A DNA stretch of 32,000 nt from Mesoplasma florum L1 (lineage in GTDB: Bacteria; Bacillota_I; Bacilli_A; Mycoplasmatales; Mycoplasmataceae), in contig NC_006055.1 of assembly GCF_000008305.1 (NCBI RefSeq), positions 360,001 through 392,000 of the forward strand, in the 5' to 3' direction. The notes beneath the pieces were generated by a model that ran no database searches, had not been told where the DNA came from, and saw only the letters and a program-made list of their open reading frames with translations. The translations under genes were made by a program, and so were the position numbers. Below are positions 20,169 through 30,799 of this stretch, in pieces; the first letter of the stretch is position 1, and each line of letters opens with the position of its first letter.

Positions 20169-22187
20169 TTAATTTTTAATACTCATTGCTGATATTGAGT
20201 ATTTGTTTTTAACTACTTTAATTGTTATTGTAATAGTTTTATTGTCTATAACATATTCAAAATTATTATCATCAATTTGTTTTTCATTTGAAACTTTAAT
20301 TGAATCAAATTTTTCTTGCATTTCTTGTTTTAATTTTTCTTGTGATTCTTTAAATTCTTTTGTTTTATTATTTAAAGCAGTAAATAATCCATTGCTTCCT
20401 TTTGTATCGTTTAATATTTTACCTAAATAGTCAAAAAATGATCCTGATTTTATAAATTCTTTATCATCACCAATAGAAGGTCTAATATATCCTAATTTAC
20501 TTAATAAATCTTTTGGATTTTCTTGTGCAACTTTAACAACACCTTGTAATTGATTTATTAAATTAGAAACATTATTAAAATCTATTTTTAATGGTTGATC
20601 ATTTTCAGTTGTTGTTAAATCAGTTAAACGAGTTAGTAAAGTTTTAATTGTGTAATCACCACTAATCGGGAAACCTAAGATATTAACTTTCCCATTCTTA
20701 TTTAATTTTTTATTTGTAAAAGGTATTAAAAATTTATTTCAAGTAACATCTCATGGTTTTGATAAAATTCCGTCATTAATTAAATCAATTAATAAGTTAG
20801 CAGTTTTTTCATCAATTGTTCCTAGCGCAGCAGCTGCTTTTAAAGCAGTTGTAATTAAAGGTCTAAGAATAGATTCACTTATTTTACCAACTATATTATT
20901 ATTAGAACTTACTAATCCTAATCCTCCAACAAGCATACTTCCTATTGGTTTATTAGGCGTTGAAGTACCATTTAATAACGCTTTAAAAACTCCACTTAAA
21001 CCAGCATCATCATATACTGTATTCGTAAAGTTATACATGAAACCATCTATATCAGGAATTAGCCCATTAGCTGCTGGTTTATATTTTTCATGCCCTCTAA
21101 ATAAAAATTGTAATAAATTTTGTATTTCTTTACCACTTTCATCATTAAAAGTTTTATCTAAATATCTGATTAATTTTTTGATATCTAATTCATTTTTAAC
21201 TTGAGAATATTTTGTATTTCTAATACTTTGTAAATTACTTCATGAAAGTGTTTCAATATTTGATTCTGATTTTTCTATAATTTCTAATCTTTGAGTAGCA
21301 AAGTTATTTAGATAGATAACTAATACTCTAGCAAAGTTAACGATTGAACATAATGAATCTCAATTATCTACAATATTTAGATTAACATTAGATTGTTTTG
21401 ATAAATCTTGCATTGCTAAAACAGAACCATTTAACGCTGCTGCTCTTCATTCATTGGCTTCTTTTGCTGTTGAATTTTTGTATCTTGCTTCTTTACCTGC
21501 AAAAACATTTAAAGCATTACCAAAATCAACAATAGATGAGTTTAAAACTTCCTCCATTGTATAATTTTGATATTTTGCAGTTGAAGGACTTAAAGCATCA
21601 GCTAATTTTTTAATATTGGCATCTGGTAATAATGCTGCTGCATATTCTAATAATCCTTGATCAGAAATGATTTGTGGCATTAAAGTAATTCCTAAATCAA
21701 CTAAAAATAAAATCATTTCAATTATTTGTCCGTTACTCATAAATGAAATTAATGTAGGATAAATATTTGAAATATTCATAATTATATTAGGATCTTTTGG
21801 TGCTGCTCCAGAAATAATTTGAATGTTACTCTTATCTTTTAATTTACTACTTATTAATTCATTACCAAAATATGTAGATTGAATGTCAGTAAAGCGAGAA
21901 TTATTATTTATTCCATTAGTATTTGATGTTTCAGCGGTTGCATCTAATTGTTTTATTCATTTATTTTTAATCATATTTTCATATACATAATTAAAATCAT
22001 AATTTGTAGATTTATTTGAATTTAAATAATATGCTTTAGCTACTTGTTTAAGCAAAATATTAATGTCTTGAGAATTATAAACAGCAGGTTCTTTTGCTTT
22101 AGGTTGTATTTGACCACAAGCAATAACAGAAGCTGAGGCTGAAGCTGTTAAAGTTACAGCAGCCAATAAAGAAATTAATTTTCTCAT
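20169..22187 (-). CDS. Large surface lipoprotein (672 aa), function unknown
   Basis: Track ORFs 21957-22187, 21447-21779 and 20751-21038 share one minus-strand frame. I translated every gap and the 3' extension codon by codon and found only TGA interruptions. The true TAA stop is at 20169-20171. The lipoprotein signal is MRKLISLLAAVTLTASASASVIAC|G. It may belong to a Mollicutes-specific lipoprotein family, but I did not verify this. Confidence 0.75.
20178..20210 (+). terminator. Possible terminator for the + strand membrane gene, embedded in the 3' end of the convergent lipoprotein CDS
   Basis: 8-bp stem: aatactca (20178-20185) pairs with tgagtatt (20196-20203). The loop is 10 nt and is followed by tgttttt. 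Confidence 0.4.
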
Positions 22188-23482
22188 TTTTTACTCAACT
22201 CCTTTGCATGGTCTAAAAGAATTTCAGAAACCAATTCATGAACTTGTTTTGTTGGGTGAACAAAATCAGTAAAGAAAAATTTACTCATGTCTTTATCACG
22301 CTCATTATTGTTATATAAACTTCTTGAAGTTGATCTTGTTGCTGAAATTGTAATGTCTAAAGTATTTTTAGCTCCAAATACAATATCACTTTTAAATTCG
22401 TTTATTACACTAGAAACATTATCAAATAAATCTAATTTAGGATCTGTATTAAATGTCATTTTCTCGTTATTTAATTTTATTTCTATTGCTTGACCATCAC
22501 TATATGCTTTATCAATAATTGCGTCTTGTCCTGCTATTTTTTTAAATTCATTTTCTAACTCATTAGTTTTTTTGTATAAATCATATAATTCAATTGAATC
22601 AGGATAGTATTGTTCAACTTCGTTAAGAACATTCATTATTTTAGAATAATATTCATCACAAATATTAATTATAAATTCAGCTGTTTTCTTTGCTTTAGAA
22701 TTTCCTGCGTTAGCTTCATTAAAAATATCGCGATATCTTGGTGGAAAGTCCATTCTTGGAGGTGTCATAAAAATTATGTTTTTTATACCGTTGTTTAATA
22801 AATTAAATAAAGCTGTTCTTACTCTATCAATGCTATCATTCATAAATTCTATTTGTTTTGCTTCATTTCCTTCAAAACCAATTAATGAAAATAAATCATT
22901 ACCACCAATTTCAAAAAACACTAAATCATTGTTGTTAATCTTATGTTGAGACAATAAAGCTTCAGTTTGTCTATCAATAGTTGCATCATTTAATAAAATA
23001 CCAGTCGGTAAATCAAGTTTAGCTGCAGTAGCTCCACCAACAGAATAGTTTTTACCATAATTTGTGCTTTCTTTTTTAGATAAGAAATTACTTGGTTTCA
23101 TTTCCCCAAAACCTAATTTTTCTGACAAAATTGTTCCAGCTGTCATTCCATTACTAAAAGCTGAATAATGCACATCATTTTTTTCATAACCATAAGCCCC
23201 TGATAGACTTACATTTAAATCAACCATTTGATTTGCAAACTTAGTTTTGATTAAATTTGAGATTCCATCAGTATCACTCAAACTATCACCAACTATATAA
23301 AAATTAGTAAAACCAAATTTACCTGGTTGACTATCATCGATTGCTTTTGATTTATCAATCCCTTTTCCAATCATTAATGGATTGTTAGTGAATGGTTCTT
23401 GATTTTCCCCACAACTAATAACACTAGTAACTACAGGGGTTATTAATGCTGTTGCCGCTAAAATTGCTAATAACTTTTTCAT
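22175..23482 (-). CDS. GDSL/SGNH-family lipase/esterase lipoprotein (435 aa)
   Basis: I prefer the start at 23482 (MKKLLAILAATALITPVVTSVISC|GE lipobox, aggaga RBS) over the track's 23545. The block I motif is FYIVGDSLSD, block III is IGGND and block V is DFVHPT. The track end at 22184 is a TGA, so under code 4 the ORF continues to the TAA at 22175-22177. It therefore overlaps the downstream gene start by 13 nt. Confidence 0.8.
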
Positions 23483-23483
23483 T

Positions 23484-24404
23484 TTATTCTCCTGCACTTT
23501 CAACTTTTTCAGATTTTTCTCATTTTTTATATTTTCATATTCCAAAACCTAAGCATGTAGGTGAAACTACAACAGCTGATAACATAAAAATAAATGATAA
23601 TTGAGCCATTGTAAGACCTCTTGTAAAGTTTGGATGATATAAGTCGTCAATTGTTACATAATCAGCAACATCTTCAACTATTAAATTTTTGTCTACAAAC
23701 GGATTTTGTAAACTTTGAATACTAATTGCATATTTGATTGAATCAATTTGTTGATTTAAAAATCATACCTTGTTATTCACTAGTTTTGTTCCTGGTGATT
23801 GTTTTACTGTAATTCCTGTCAAACCAGGACCAGTAGATTCAATTAAATCTTCATATTCATCTTGATCTCATACTGATTGTTGCTTAATTGCATTTTCTCT
23901 TAAATCGCTTGAAAACATTTCACTAATTCCATTTTTATGAAAAATTCATTGAGTACCAGTATTAACATAACCATATGATTGAAATTCTGATGCAATAGCT
24001 TGATCAAATTTAATCATATCTGTAGCAATGTCATAAAAATCAATATTTTGTTTTTGATCAATAACTGGTTGTCATCTTTCTGTATATCAATCATTTGTAA
24101 AATCAGTATATAAAGGTGTAAATTTGTCCTTTTCAGCTGCATTAAAAGAATCAATTGTTGAGATAGCATCAGCTAAATATGAAGTTCTTATAACGTTATG
24201 CATAATTGGTTCATATAATGGACTTTCTGCGTCTAAAACATACTTGTCTTTTGGCATAATAATTTGTAATTGTTTTTTAACTGAGTTAATAAATCTAATA
24301 GATTCAATTCCAAGTCCTGGTATAGTAGAGGCGACAGCACCAATACCGTATAAAGAAGATATCACAATAAGTGTTATCCCTTGTTTCTTAAGTCCAAACT
24401 TCAT
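23484..24404 (-). CDS. Hypothetical membrane protein with N- and C-terminal TM helices (306 aa); first gene of the lipase/lipoprotein operon
   Basis: Track ORF 24087-24404 extends across 7 TGA codons to the TAA at 23484-23486; I checked every triplet. The N-terminal TM is GITLIVISSLYGIGAVAS and the C-terminal TM is MAQLSFIFMLSAVVVSPTCLGFGIW. The stop lies 1 nt before the ATG of the lipase gene. The RBS is agagga. Confidence 0.6.
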
Positions 24405-24452
24405 AAAAAATTTTCCTCTTTTATAACTTTCGTTTAAATAATATTAAGTATG

Positions 24453-24480
24453 ATTATACATTAAATAATTATATTTTCAA
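24453..24480 (-). promoter_or_regulatory. Candidate sigma-70-type promoter of the membrane/lipase/lipoprotein operon (TTGAAA - 16 nt - TGnTATAAT)
   Basis: The minus strand reads ttgaaa (24480-24475), then atataattatttaa, then tgtataat (24460-24453), about 45 nt upstream of the ATG at 24404. The -35 element lies inside direct-repeat copy 1. Confidence 0.4.
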
Positions 24481-24494
24481 AACTTTGTTGTTTT
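24461..24494. repeat. 34-bp direct repeat, copy 1 (orphan duplicate of the last 10 sense codons plus stop of dinB)
   Basis: ttaaataattatattttcaaaactttgttgtttt is identical to 26130-26163. The flanks on both sides are unrelated. Confidence 0.9.
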
Positions 24495-24971
24495 GCAAAA
24501 CAATAAATTAAAGGTTGAAAAGTATTAAAGCTAATAAAATTTTTCTAATAATGGGAAACTCACATTTTTTAAAACTATTTTACTTTTAAGAATTTATAAT
24601 AAATAAGAGTTTCTTAATTCGTTTCTTAATTCATTTAGAAGTAAGTCAATTATTATACTAATATAAAAAATTCAACATATTTATATTCTTTTCGTATTTC
24701 ATTACATTTAAGATTATAAATTGATTCCTGTTTAACGATTTATTTTCTCAATCAAGATTTATAATTATTTAATAAAATTATATTTACTTTAAATTAAAGT
24801 ATCAATAAAATTTAAAGTAAAGTAAAAAAATATGTTGTAAAAAATTAGACAAGAAAATATTAGATAAAATTATATATTTTTTCTTGCTATATTTTTTAAA
24901 ATAGTGACTTTAAACTTACAAAAATATTTTAAGTTAACGAATAAAATAATAATTAAAAAAAGGAAAAATAT

Positions 24972-25862
24972 ATGAAAAAAGAATTTAACAAAGAAATCAT
25001 AAAATTATCACCTAATAGAATAAATACGTTATTAGTAATTCAAAATAATCATTTTTTTGAAAGTGAGATTTTAAATAGACTAATTGACTTTATTGAAAAA
25101 ATGCAAGTTTTTGAAAAAGTTTTTGAAAATGTTTTTGAAAAACATTATTCTTTGCATAAATTAATTAAACAATCATTTAGTTATTGCAATTCTTTATTTA
25201 TTTTAAGGTCAGCAATAGAAAGTAATAAAATTGATGAAAAACTATTGTTTGAAAATTTTAGCAGTTTAACTTGATTATATTGTAAAAACATAATTTTCTT
25301 AATTAATGAAGAAAATGAAAATAATAAAGAAAAAAATTATAAATTAGGAAGTGATTTTTTAGAAGCTAATATTAATTTTTTAAGTTTTTTAAGAAATTTA
25401 TTTTCTCATTTCTACTTAGATTCAATAACTATTCATAAACTTTTAAATTCTATATATGAATTTAATTTTTATAATAATAAAATTATTAATGATTTAGTTA
25501 ATTCAAAACCAAATAAGTTATGTATGTTTGATTTGCTAAACTCAAATAAAAAAACAATAACACTTTGTAAAATACAAAATAAATATTTGGATGAGGCAAT
25601 TTTAAATTTTAATAAAAATGATTTTGATGAAAATATGGAAGAAGTTTTATATGTAAAAGACGTAGATAAAATAAGAATTAAACTTTATGATGAAATCTTT
25701 AAGAATTTTCAAGAAAATAAAATAAATATTTTTAGTAATCCAGATCACTGAATAACATATTTAAGATTAAGTGATAATTATTTTTTAAGAATAGAAATGT
25801 ACCCTTTTATTCATTCATTAATTGAATATTTTGAAATCTTTTATAATATTTTGAAAAAATAA
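24972..25862 (+). CDS. HEPN-domain (Rx4H) Abi-like protein, 296 aa
   Basis: Track ORFs 24972-25274 and 25524-25751 are in frame 0 and join across TGA codons at 25272 and 25749. TAA stop at 25860-25862. The HEPN motif is FLRNLFSH (R141-H146, nt 25392-25409), resembling the LRNxxxH motif of the 15168-15722 protein. It is otherwise a helical, low-complexity, N/K-rich sequence. Confidence 0.5.
25117..25152 (+). repeat. 3 x 12-bp in-frame tandem repeat (gtttttgaaaaa/t) encoding VFEK-VFEN-VFEK
   Basis: Read directly from the sequence, inside the HEPN ORF. Confidence 0.85.
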
Positions 25863-26129
25863 AGTTGACTATAAGTTAAATAATTAATGAAAACAATAAA
25901 GTGAATAAGTTAATATTTTAGAAAATATGTTAAAGAAAAATAAGAAAAGTAATGCAATATTCTATTGCATATCTTATTTAAAGTAGATTTAATTACTAGA
26001 ACTTGCATGAATGAAAAAGAAATTAAGCATCATAGTAAATAAAAATTTAGTTATTTTCTAAATAGTTTTATTAACTATCTTTCTTTTATGAAAAATACCA
26101 ATAAAATAAAAATTAAATTATTTATAGTT

Positions 26130-26163
26130 TTAAATAATTATATTTTCAAAACTTTGTTGTTTT
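26130..26163. repeat. 34-bp direct repeat, copy 2 (the functional 3' end of dinB)
   Basis: Identical to 24461-24494. On the minus strand it encodes ...QQSFENIII*. Confidence 0.9.
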
Positions 26164-27242
26164 ACCAGTTTATCCTTTTCGATTAAATTAGTTACTCCAA
26201 TTCCAATTAAAGAAATAGATTCACCATCATAAATATCATCTAAAATAACTTTAACTCTTGAGTATAATTTTTCTAAACTATCTGTATATTCGTTAAAAGT
26301 TTCACTATATGTTCTTCTTTTTTTTTGTTCTTTTTTGTCAAAATTAATTTCTTGATTATAAAACTTAATTGACAATGTTACAGTTTTTGCAAGAATATTG
26401 TTCTTTTGCATTCTCAATACAACTTTTTCTGCTAAATTAAACAATATTTCTTCAATATCTTCAATTGCCATATTTTTCTTATCAAAAGTTTTTTCTTTAG
26501 ATATTGATTTAACTGATGTTTCTCAATATGCTATTTCATCATTTTTAATTCCATGTAATTTTTGATACATTTTTTGTCCAGATAAACCAAAACTATCAGC
26601 TATTATTTTTTCATCAAGTTTCACAAAATCATTTACTGTTTTAACGTTTAATAACTCCATTTTTTCCAAAGATGAACTACCAACACCAATAACATCTTTG
26701 ATTGATTTATTTCATATTAAAGTTTTAAAATTTTCTTTTGTTATTATTGTTATTCCATTAGGTTTTTTCATATCACTACCCATTTTTGAAAATAACCTTG
26801 TAAAACTAGCACCTATACTACAAGTTAAACCTGTTTCTTGATAAACTGCAGCTTGAATAGCTAAACATAAATTTTGAACATTTCCATATTTCTCTCAAAT
26901 ATTAGTAGCGTCAATAAAACATTCATCGATACCTAAAACCTCTACCTTATATGTAAACTGTTCTTTTATTAAATTAAATATTCTTTCGCTATATTCTTCA
27001 TATAGATCTCTATTACCTTCTTTAATTATTAATTCACCATAAGCTAGTTGTTTTGCTTCAAATATAGGCGTTCCTGCTTTTATCCCATATTTTCTAGCAT
27101 CATATGAAGCTGCAACAATAATACTTCTATCATTATTTCTTGCTACAACAACTGGTTTATTTTTTAAAGTCTTATCATGAGCTTGCTCACAACTTGCAAA
27201 AAAAGCATCCATATCAAGATGCAAAATTACTTTTTGATTCAT
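26130..27242 (-). CDS. dinB: DNA polymerase IV (Y-family), 370 aa
   Basis: Track ORFs 26895-27242 and 26130-26471 share one frame and join across TGA. The N-terminus ILHLDMDAFFASCEQ carries the catalytic Asp motif, followed by VVVA...IIVAASYDARKYGIKAG, GIDECFID and CSIGASFTRLFSKMGSDMKKPNG. The RBS is aaaggagg. Confidence 0.9.
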
Positions 27243-27257
27243 GTGGATGCCTCCTTT

Positions 27258-28061
27258 TTATGTTAAGTATTTTCAAGATTGATTAACAACTTTGTTTAGT
27301 TCTTCATCTTTTCAATTCTTTTGTTTTTCTGTTTTTGTTAAATAAGCTAAATATTCAATATTTTGTTTCTTATTACCAACTATTGGTGAATAAGTTAATC
27401 TATCAACAGAGAAACCATTTTCTTTAGAATAATATATAAAATTTTTAATAACTTGTAAATGTGTTGATTTTAAATTAACTTTACCATTTTTAGCTAATTC
27501 ACTACCTGCTTCAAACTCAGGTTTGATTAATACAACACCACTTGTTTGCTCTTGAATTAAATTGTTTAAAGTTGGTAAAATTTTATCTAATGAAATAAAA
27601 CTTACATCGCAACAAAAGAATTCTATATTTTTATCAAAGTCTTCTTTTTTTGCATATCTAAAATTATATTTTTGCATATCTTTGACTAATTTATTATTTT
27701 TTAAAGATTCATCTAATTGATCAGTACCTACATCAACTGCATAAACTAAACTTGCATTATTTTCTAAACATACTTGTGTAAAACCACCAGTTGAAGCACC
27801 AATATCTAAACATACTTTATTGTTTAAATCAATTTTTCAATCCTTAATAGTTTTTTCTAATTTTAAACCAGCTCTTGAAACAAAAGTACTTTGCTTCAAT
27901 CTAATATCGATTAAATCAGTTTCACTAACCATAAAACCAGCTTTTGTAATTAAAACATTATTTACATATACTTCTTTTCTATTAACTATTTGTTCTTTTG
28001 CCTTACTTCTTGTAGAAACTAATGCTTTTTCTACAAGAACTTCATCTAAACGCTTTTTCAT
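27258..28061 (-). CDS. tlyA: TlyA-family 16S/23S rRNA (cytidine-2'-O)-methyltransferase (hemolysin A-like), 267 aa
   Basis: Track ORFs 27837-28061 and 27312-27677 share one frame. The N-terminal S4 domain is KKRLDEVLVEKALVSTRSKAKEQI. The SAM motif is CLDIGASTGGFTQV. The track end at 27312 is a TGA, and the true TAA is at 27258-27260. Confidence 0.85.
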
Positions 28062-28267
28062 TAATTAAATTCTTCGATTTTATTTTCTGCTAAAACTTTG
28101 TTAATAGTGCCTTTGTATTCAGTTAGCTTTTCTTTTGCTAATTGAATTCTTTTAATGTTTTCTTCAAATATCTTCATTGCTTCTTCCATTGATATTTCAC
28201 TTGATGATAATTTTAATGTTTCTTCTTTTAATTCAATAATTAATTGATCGTATGTTTTATTTTCCAT
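28061..28267 (-). CDS. xseB: Exodeoxyribonuclease VII small subunit
   Basis: 68-aa helical protein with ...[29 protein letters not shown]..., typical of XseB. It lies immediately downstream of xseA with an 11-nt overlap. Its TAA shares 1 nt with the tlyA ATG. Confidence 0.85.
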   Translation of the reverse strand: MENKTYDQLIIELKEETLKLSSSEISMEEAMKIFEENIKRIQLAKEKLTEYKGTINKVLAENKIEEFN

Positions 28268-29471
28268 GTTTTTTTACTCCTTTTATGATAGTTTCTATTT
28301 CACCATCTTTTAACACAAGTTTTATTTCTTGATTTATATCTACTTTGTCAACAGAATTAATAATTTGCTTATCTTTACTCATAATTAAACCAAATCCTTT
28401 GTCTAATGGCTTTTTAGGGTCTAATAGAGCTGTTTTTGATTCTATGTTTTCTATAAACATTTCATTTCTGCTAATTATATTGTTTATATTATTGATAAAA
28501 CTTTTTTCAATGTAATTTAAATCAAGTGATTGTAAGTCATATTTATTATTAATCTTTAAAATATTTTGTTTTTTAAATTCTTCAATTTTTAATTGTTGGT
28601 TGTTATAAACATTCTTAAATAAACGAATTTGATTTTCATAATTATATGCTAATTCTTTTAATAGTTCTTCTGTACTAATTGAAGCTAATTCAGCTGCTGC
28701 AGTTGGTGTTGCTGCTCTTAGATCAGCAACATAATCACTTAGTGTTATATCTGGTTCATGACCAACAGCACTAATTACTGGAATTGATGAATCAACTATG
28801 GCTTTTAAAACTTTCATTTCATTAAAAGTTCATAAGTCTTCATAACTTCCTCCACCACGACCAACAATTAAGATATCTAACTTAGGTTCAAATAAATTAG
28901 CTTGTTGTATTTTATTTGCTATATCAAACTTAGCAGTTTCACCTTGAACCATTGTTGGAAACAAGTAAATGTTTACAGAAGGCATTCTTCTTTTTAATGT
29001 TGTTATTAAATCTTTAATAGCTGCACCAGAATCAGTTGTTATTAAACCAATATTTTTAGCAAATCTATTTATTGGTTTTTTTCTTGATTCATCTGTTCAA
29101 CCTAGAGCAGTTATTTCTTTTAAACGTTCTTCAAAAATTTCTTGAAGATCACCTTTTCCTTCAACACTTACATCAACAGCTTCAAAACTTACTCTTCCAC
29201 TTGGAACATAATAAGTTAATCTACCATAACATGTAATTTCCATTCCTTCTTTTACATTTAAGTTTGTTAGTTTGTGTGCATTACTTTTTCATATCATTGC
29301 AGCTATTGTGCTTTGATTATCTTTTAAAGAAAAATATACATGTCCCGATTTGTTAAAAGTTAGATTGCCAACTTCCCCTCTGACATATATATTTTTAAAA
29401 TAATTACTACCTTCAATAGCTTCTTTAAATATTTGACTTATTTCAGCTACTGAAAATATTTTGTTTTCCAT
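28257..29471 (-). CDS. xseA: Exodeoxyribonuclease VII large subunit (404 aa)
   Basis: Track ORFs 29289-29471 and 28257-28817 share one frame and join across TGA. The N-terminal OB fold is [17 protein letters not shown]...[24 protein letters not shown]. The catalytic region is ...[32 protein letters not shown]. Confidence 0.9.
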
Positions 29472-29875
29472 TATAGTTTAATAACCTTATCCAAACACGC
29501 ATTTACAAACTTGTAATCAAAATCAACTTCGTTTTCTTTCACCAAATTAACTAATTCATTAATTGTTACAGCTTTTGGAGTTGGAGTAAAAATAATTTCA
29601 TATGCACCAATAATTAAAATTGATTGAATGTATGTTGGTATTCTTTCTCATTTTCAATTAGCACTTAAATGTTTAATAATTTCTTTTTTCAGATCTGAAA
29701 GCTTTTCAGCAATATTATTTGCTATTAGTGTTGTCTCAACATCTAATTTTTCTTGTGTTTCATCTAATATATCTTGTTTGATGTAATTAACATCATTATT
29801 CATTAATAAATATCTATAAAACATTTGAACTAGATATGTACGTCTTTTTGTCATACTTAATTTTTGTTCACTCAT
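29471..29875 (-). CDS. nusB: Transcription antitermination factor NusB (134 aa)
   Basis: Track ORF 29654-29875 extends across TGA codons to the TAA at 29471-29473, overlapping the xseA ATG by 1 nt. The sequence is RRTYLVQMFYRYLL...W.W.RIPTYIQSILIIGAYEIIFTPTPKAVTINELVNLVKE, which is NusB-like. The RBS is aggtg. Confidence 0.8.
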
Positions 29876-29914
29876 AATATCACCTGCCCCTTGATTTATT
29901 AATTATCTCATATT

Positions 29915-30796
29915 TTATTTAACTTTTTTGGAAAAATTTTTATTAATTAGGTTTTCAATTTCTTCTTTATATGGAGGTTTATCTTCTACATAAGGTGTTT
30001 CTAAAATTTTTGGAATATCTATATATTCTTCATCTCAAAGTACTTTTAATAAATTGTCAAAACCAATGTAACCATAACCAATATTCTCATGTCTATCTTT
30101 ATGAGCTAATAACGGGTTTTTTGAATCATTTAAATGGAAACATAAAACTTTATCTTTACCAATTGTTTTATTAATTTCTTCTTTAATTAATTCTCAATTA
30201 TTAAAATCATAACCAGCATCATGCATATGACATGTATCTAAACATACAGCAACTTTTTCTGGTTCGTTTACATTATCAATAACATATTTAAAATCATTTA
30301 AAGATAAACCAACTTCAGTACCTTTTCCAGCCATTGTTTCTAATGCAATAATTACATTAGTTTGACTTGACGCAACAGCATTTAATCCTTTTACTAAAGC
30401 ATTTAAAGCATCTGTATAATCACCTTTTAATCTTGCTCCTGGGTGTAAAACTAAAATCTTAACTCCGATATCTTCACAACGTTTAATTTCTTGTTTTAAA
30501 AAATCAACACCAAAATCTCAAGTTGTTTGATTAACTGGATTTGAAATATTAATAATATAAGGTGCATGAACTACAATGTGATCTTTGTTAATATTATTTT
30601 CTTTTAATAATTGATTAAATTCTTCAATATACAACTTATCAGTTGCAGTACGAACTGAGTTTTGTGGTGCACCAGTATAAAACATTAAAGTATTAGCTTC
30701 ATAACTTAAAGCTTCTTTTACACTTCCGATTAAATATTCTCCATGTTTATTTGATTTGCTCATACCAACATGGCTACCTAAAATTGGTTTTTTCAT
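29915..30796 (-). CDS. nfo: Endonuclease IV (AP endonuclease, TIM-barrel Nfo family), 293 aa
   Basis: Track ORF 30518-30796 extends across TGA to the TAA at 29915-29917. The motifs are GSHVGMS, VVHAPYIINISNP, LVLHPGA, IALETMAGKG, VCLDTCHMHDAGYD and FHLNDSKN...KDRHENIGYG. Confidence 0.9.
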
Positions 30797-30799
30797 TTT

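Larger units (their letters stand above)
24495..26129. mobile_element. 1.6-kb inserted cassette bounded by the 34-bp direct repeats; its only cargo is one HEPN gene and it has no recombinase
   Basis: The segment is bracketed by perfect direct repeats of a gene's 3' end, which is an att-like or target-duplication geometry. It contains a 477-bp noncoding leader, the HEPN ORF and a 267-bp trailer. Mobility is an inference. Confidence 0.35.

Noticed and set aside
19383-20430. Track ORFs 19383-19586(-), 19945-20136(-) and 20203-20430(+)
   Set aside because: Each is antisense to a better-supported gene: the recD2 3' end, the 4-TM protein and the 672-aa lipoprotein respectively. Their translations are low-complexity.
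22287-22798. Plus-strand ORFs 22287-22493 and 22610-22798
   Set aside because: They are antisense to the GDSL lipase CDS, which carries the GDSL and DxxH blocks.
23483-23545. 21-codon N-terminal extension of the GDSL lipoprotein (track start 23545)
   Set aside because: The extension overlaps the upstream gene's C-terminus. The internal Met at 23482 has an aggaga RBS and begins a canonical lipoprotein signal peptide.
24124-24426. 100-aa plus-strand ORF
   Set aside because: It is antisense to the 306-aa membrane protein gene, which has an RBS and forms a tight operon with the downstream genes.
25117-25152. A possible CRISPR-like or other spaced repeat array
   Set aside because: There are only three contiguous 12-bp units with no spacers, all inside an ORF and in frame. 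No cas genes or longer repeat-spacer periodicity occur anywhere in the window.
26100-26163. A second promoter (TTGAAA - 17 nt - TATAAA) reading from repeat copy 2 into the cassette, antisense to the HEPN gene
   Set aside because: The match exists, but -10-like hexamers are abundant in DNA this AT-rich. No downstream minus-strand ORF or structure supports it, so I did not call it as a feature.
27820-28068. 82-aa plus-strand ORF
   Set aside because: It is antisense to the S4 domain of tlyA.
29971-30174. 67-aa plus-strand ORF
   Set aside because: It is antisense to nfo, whose conserved metal-binding motifs are read on the minus strand.
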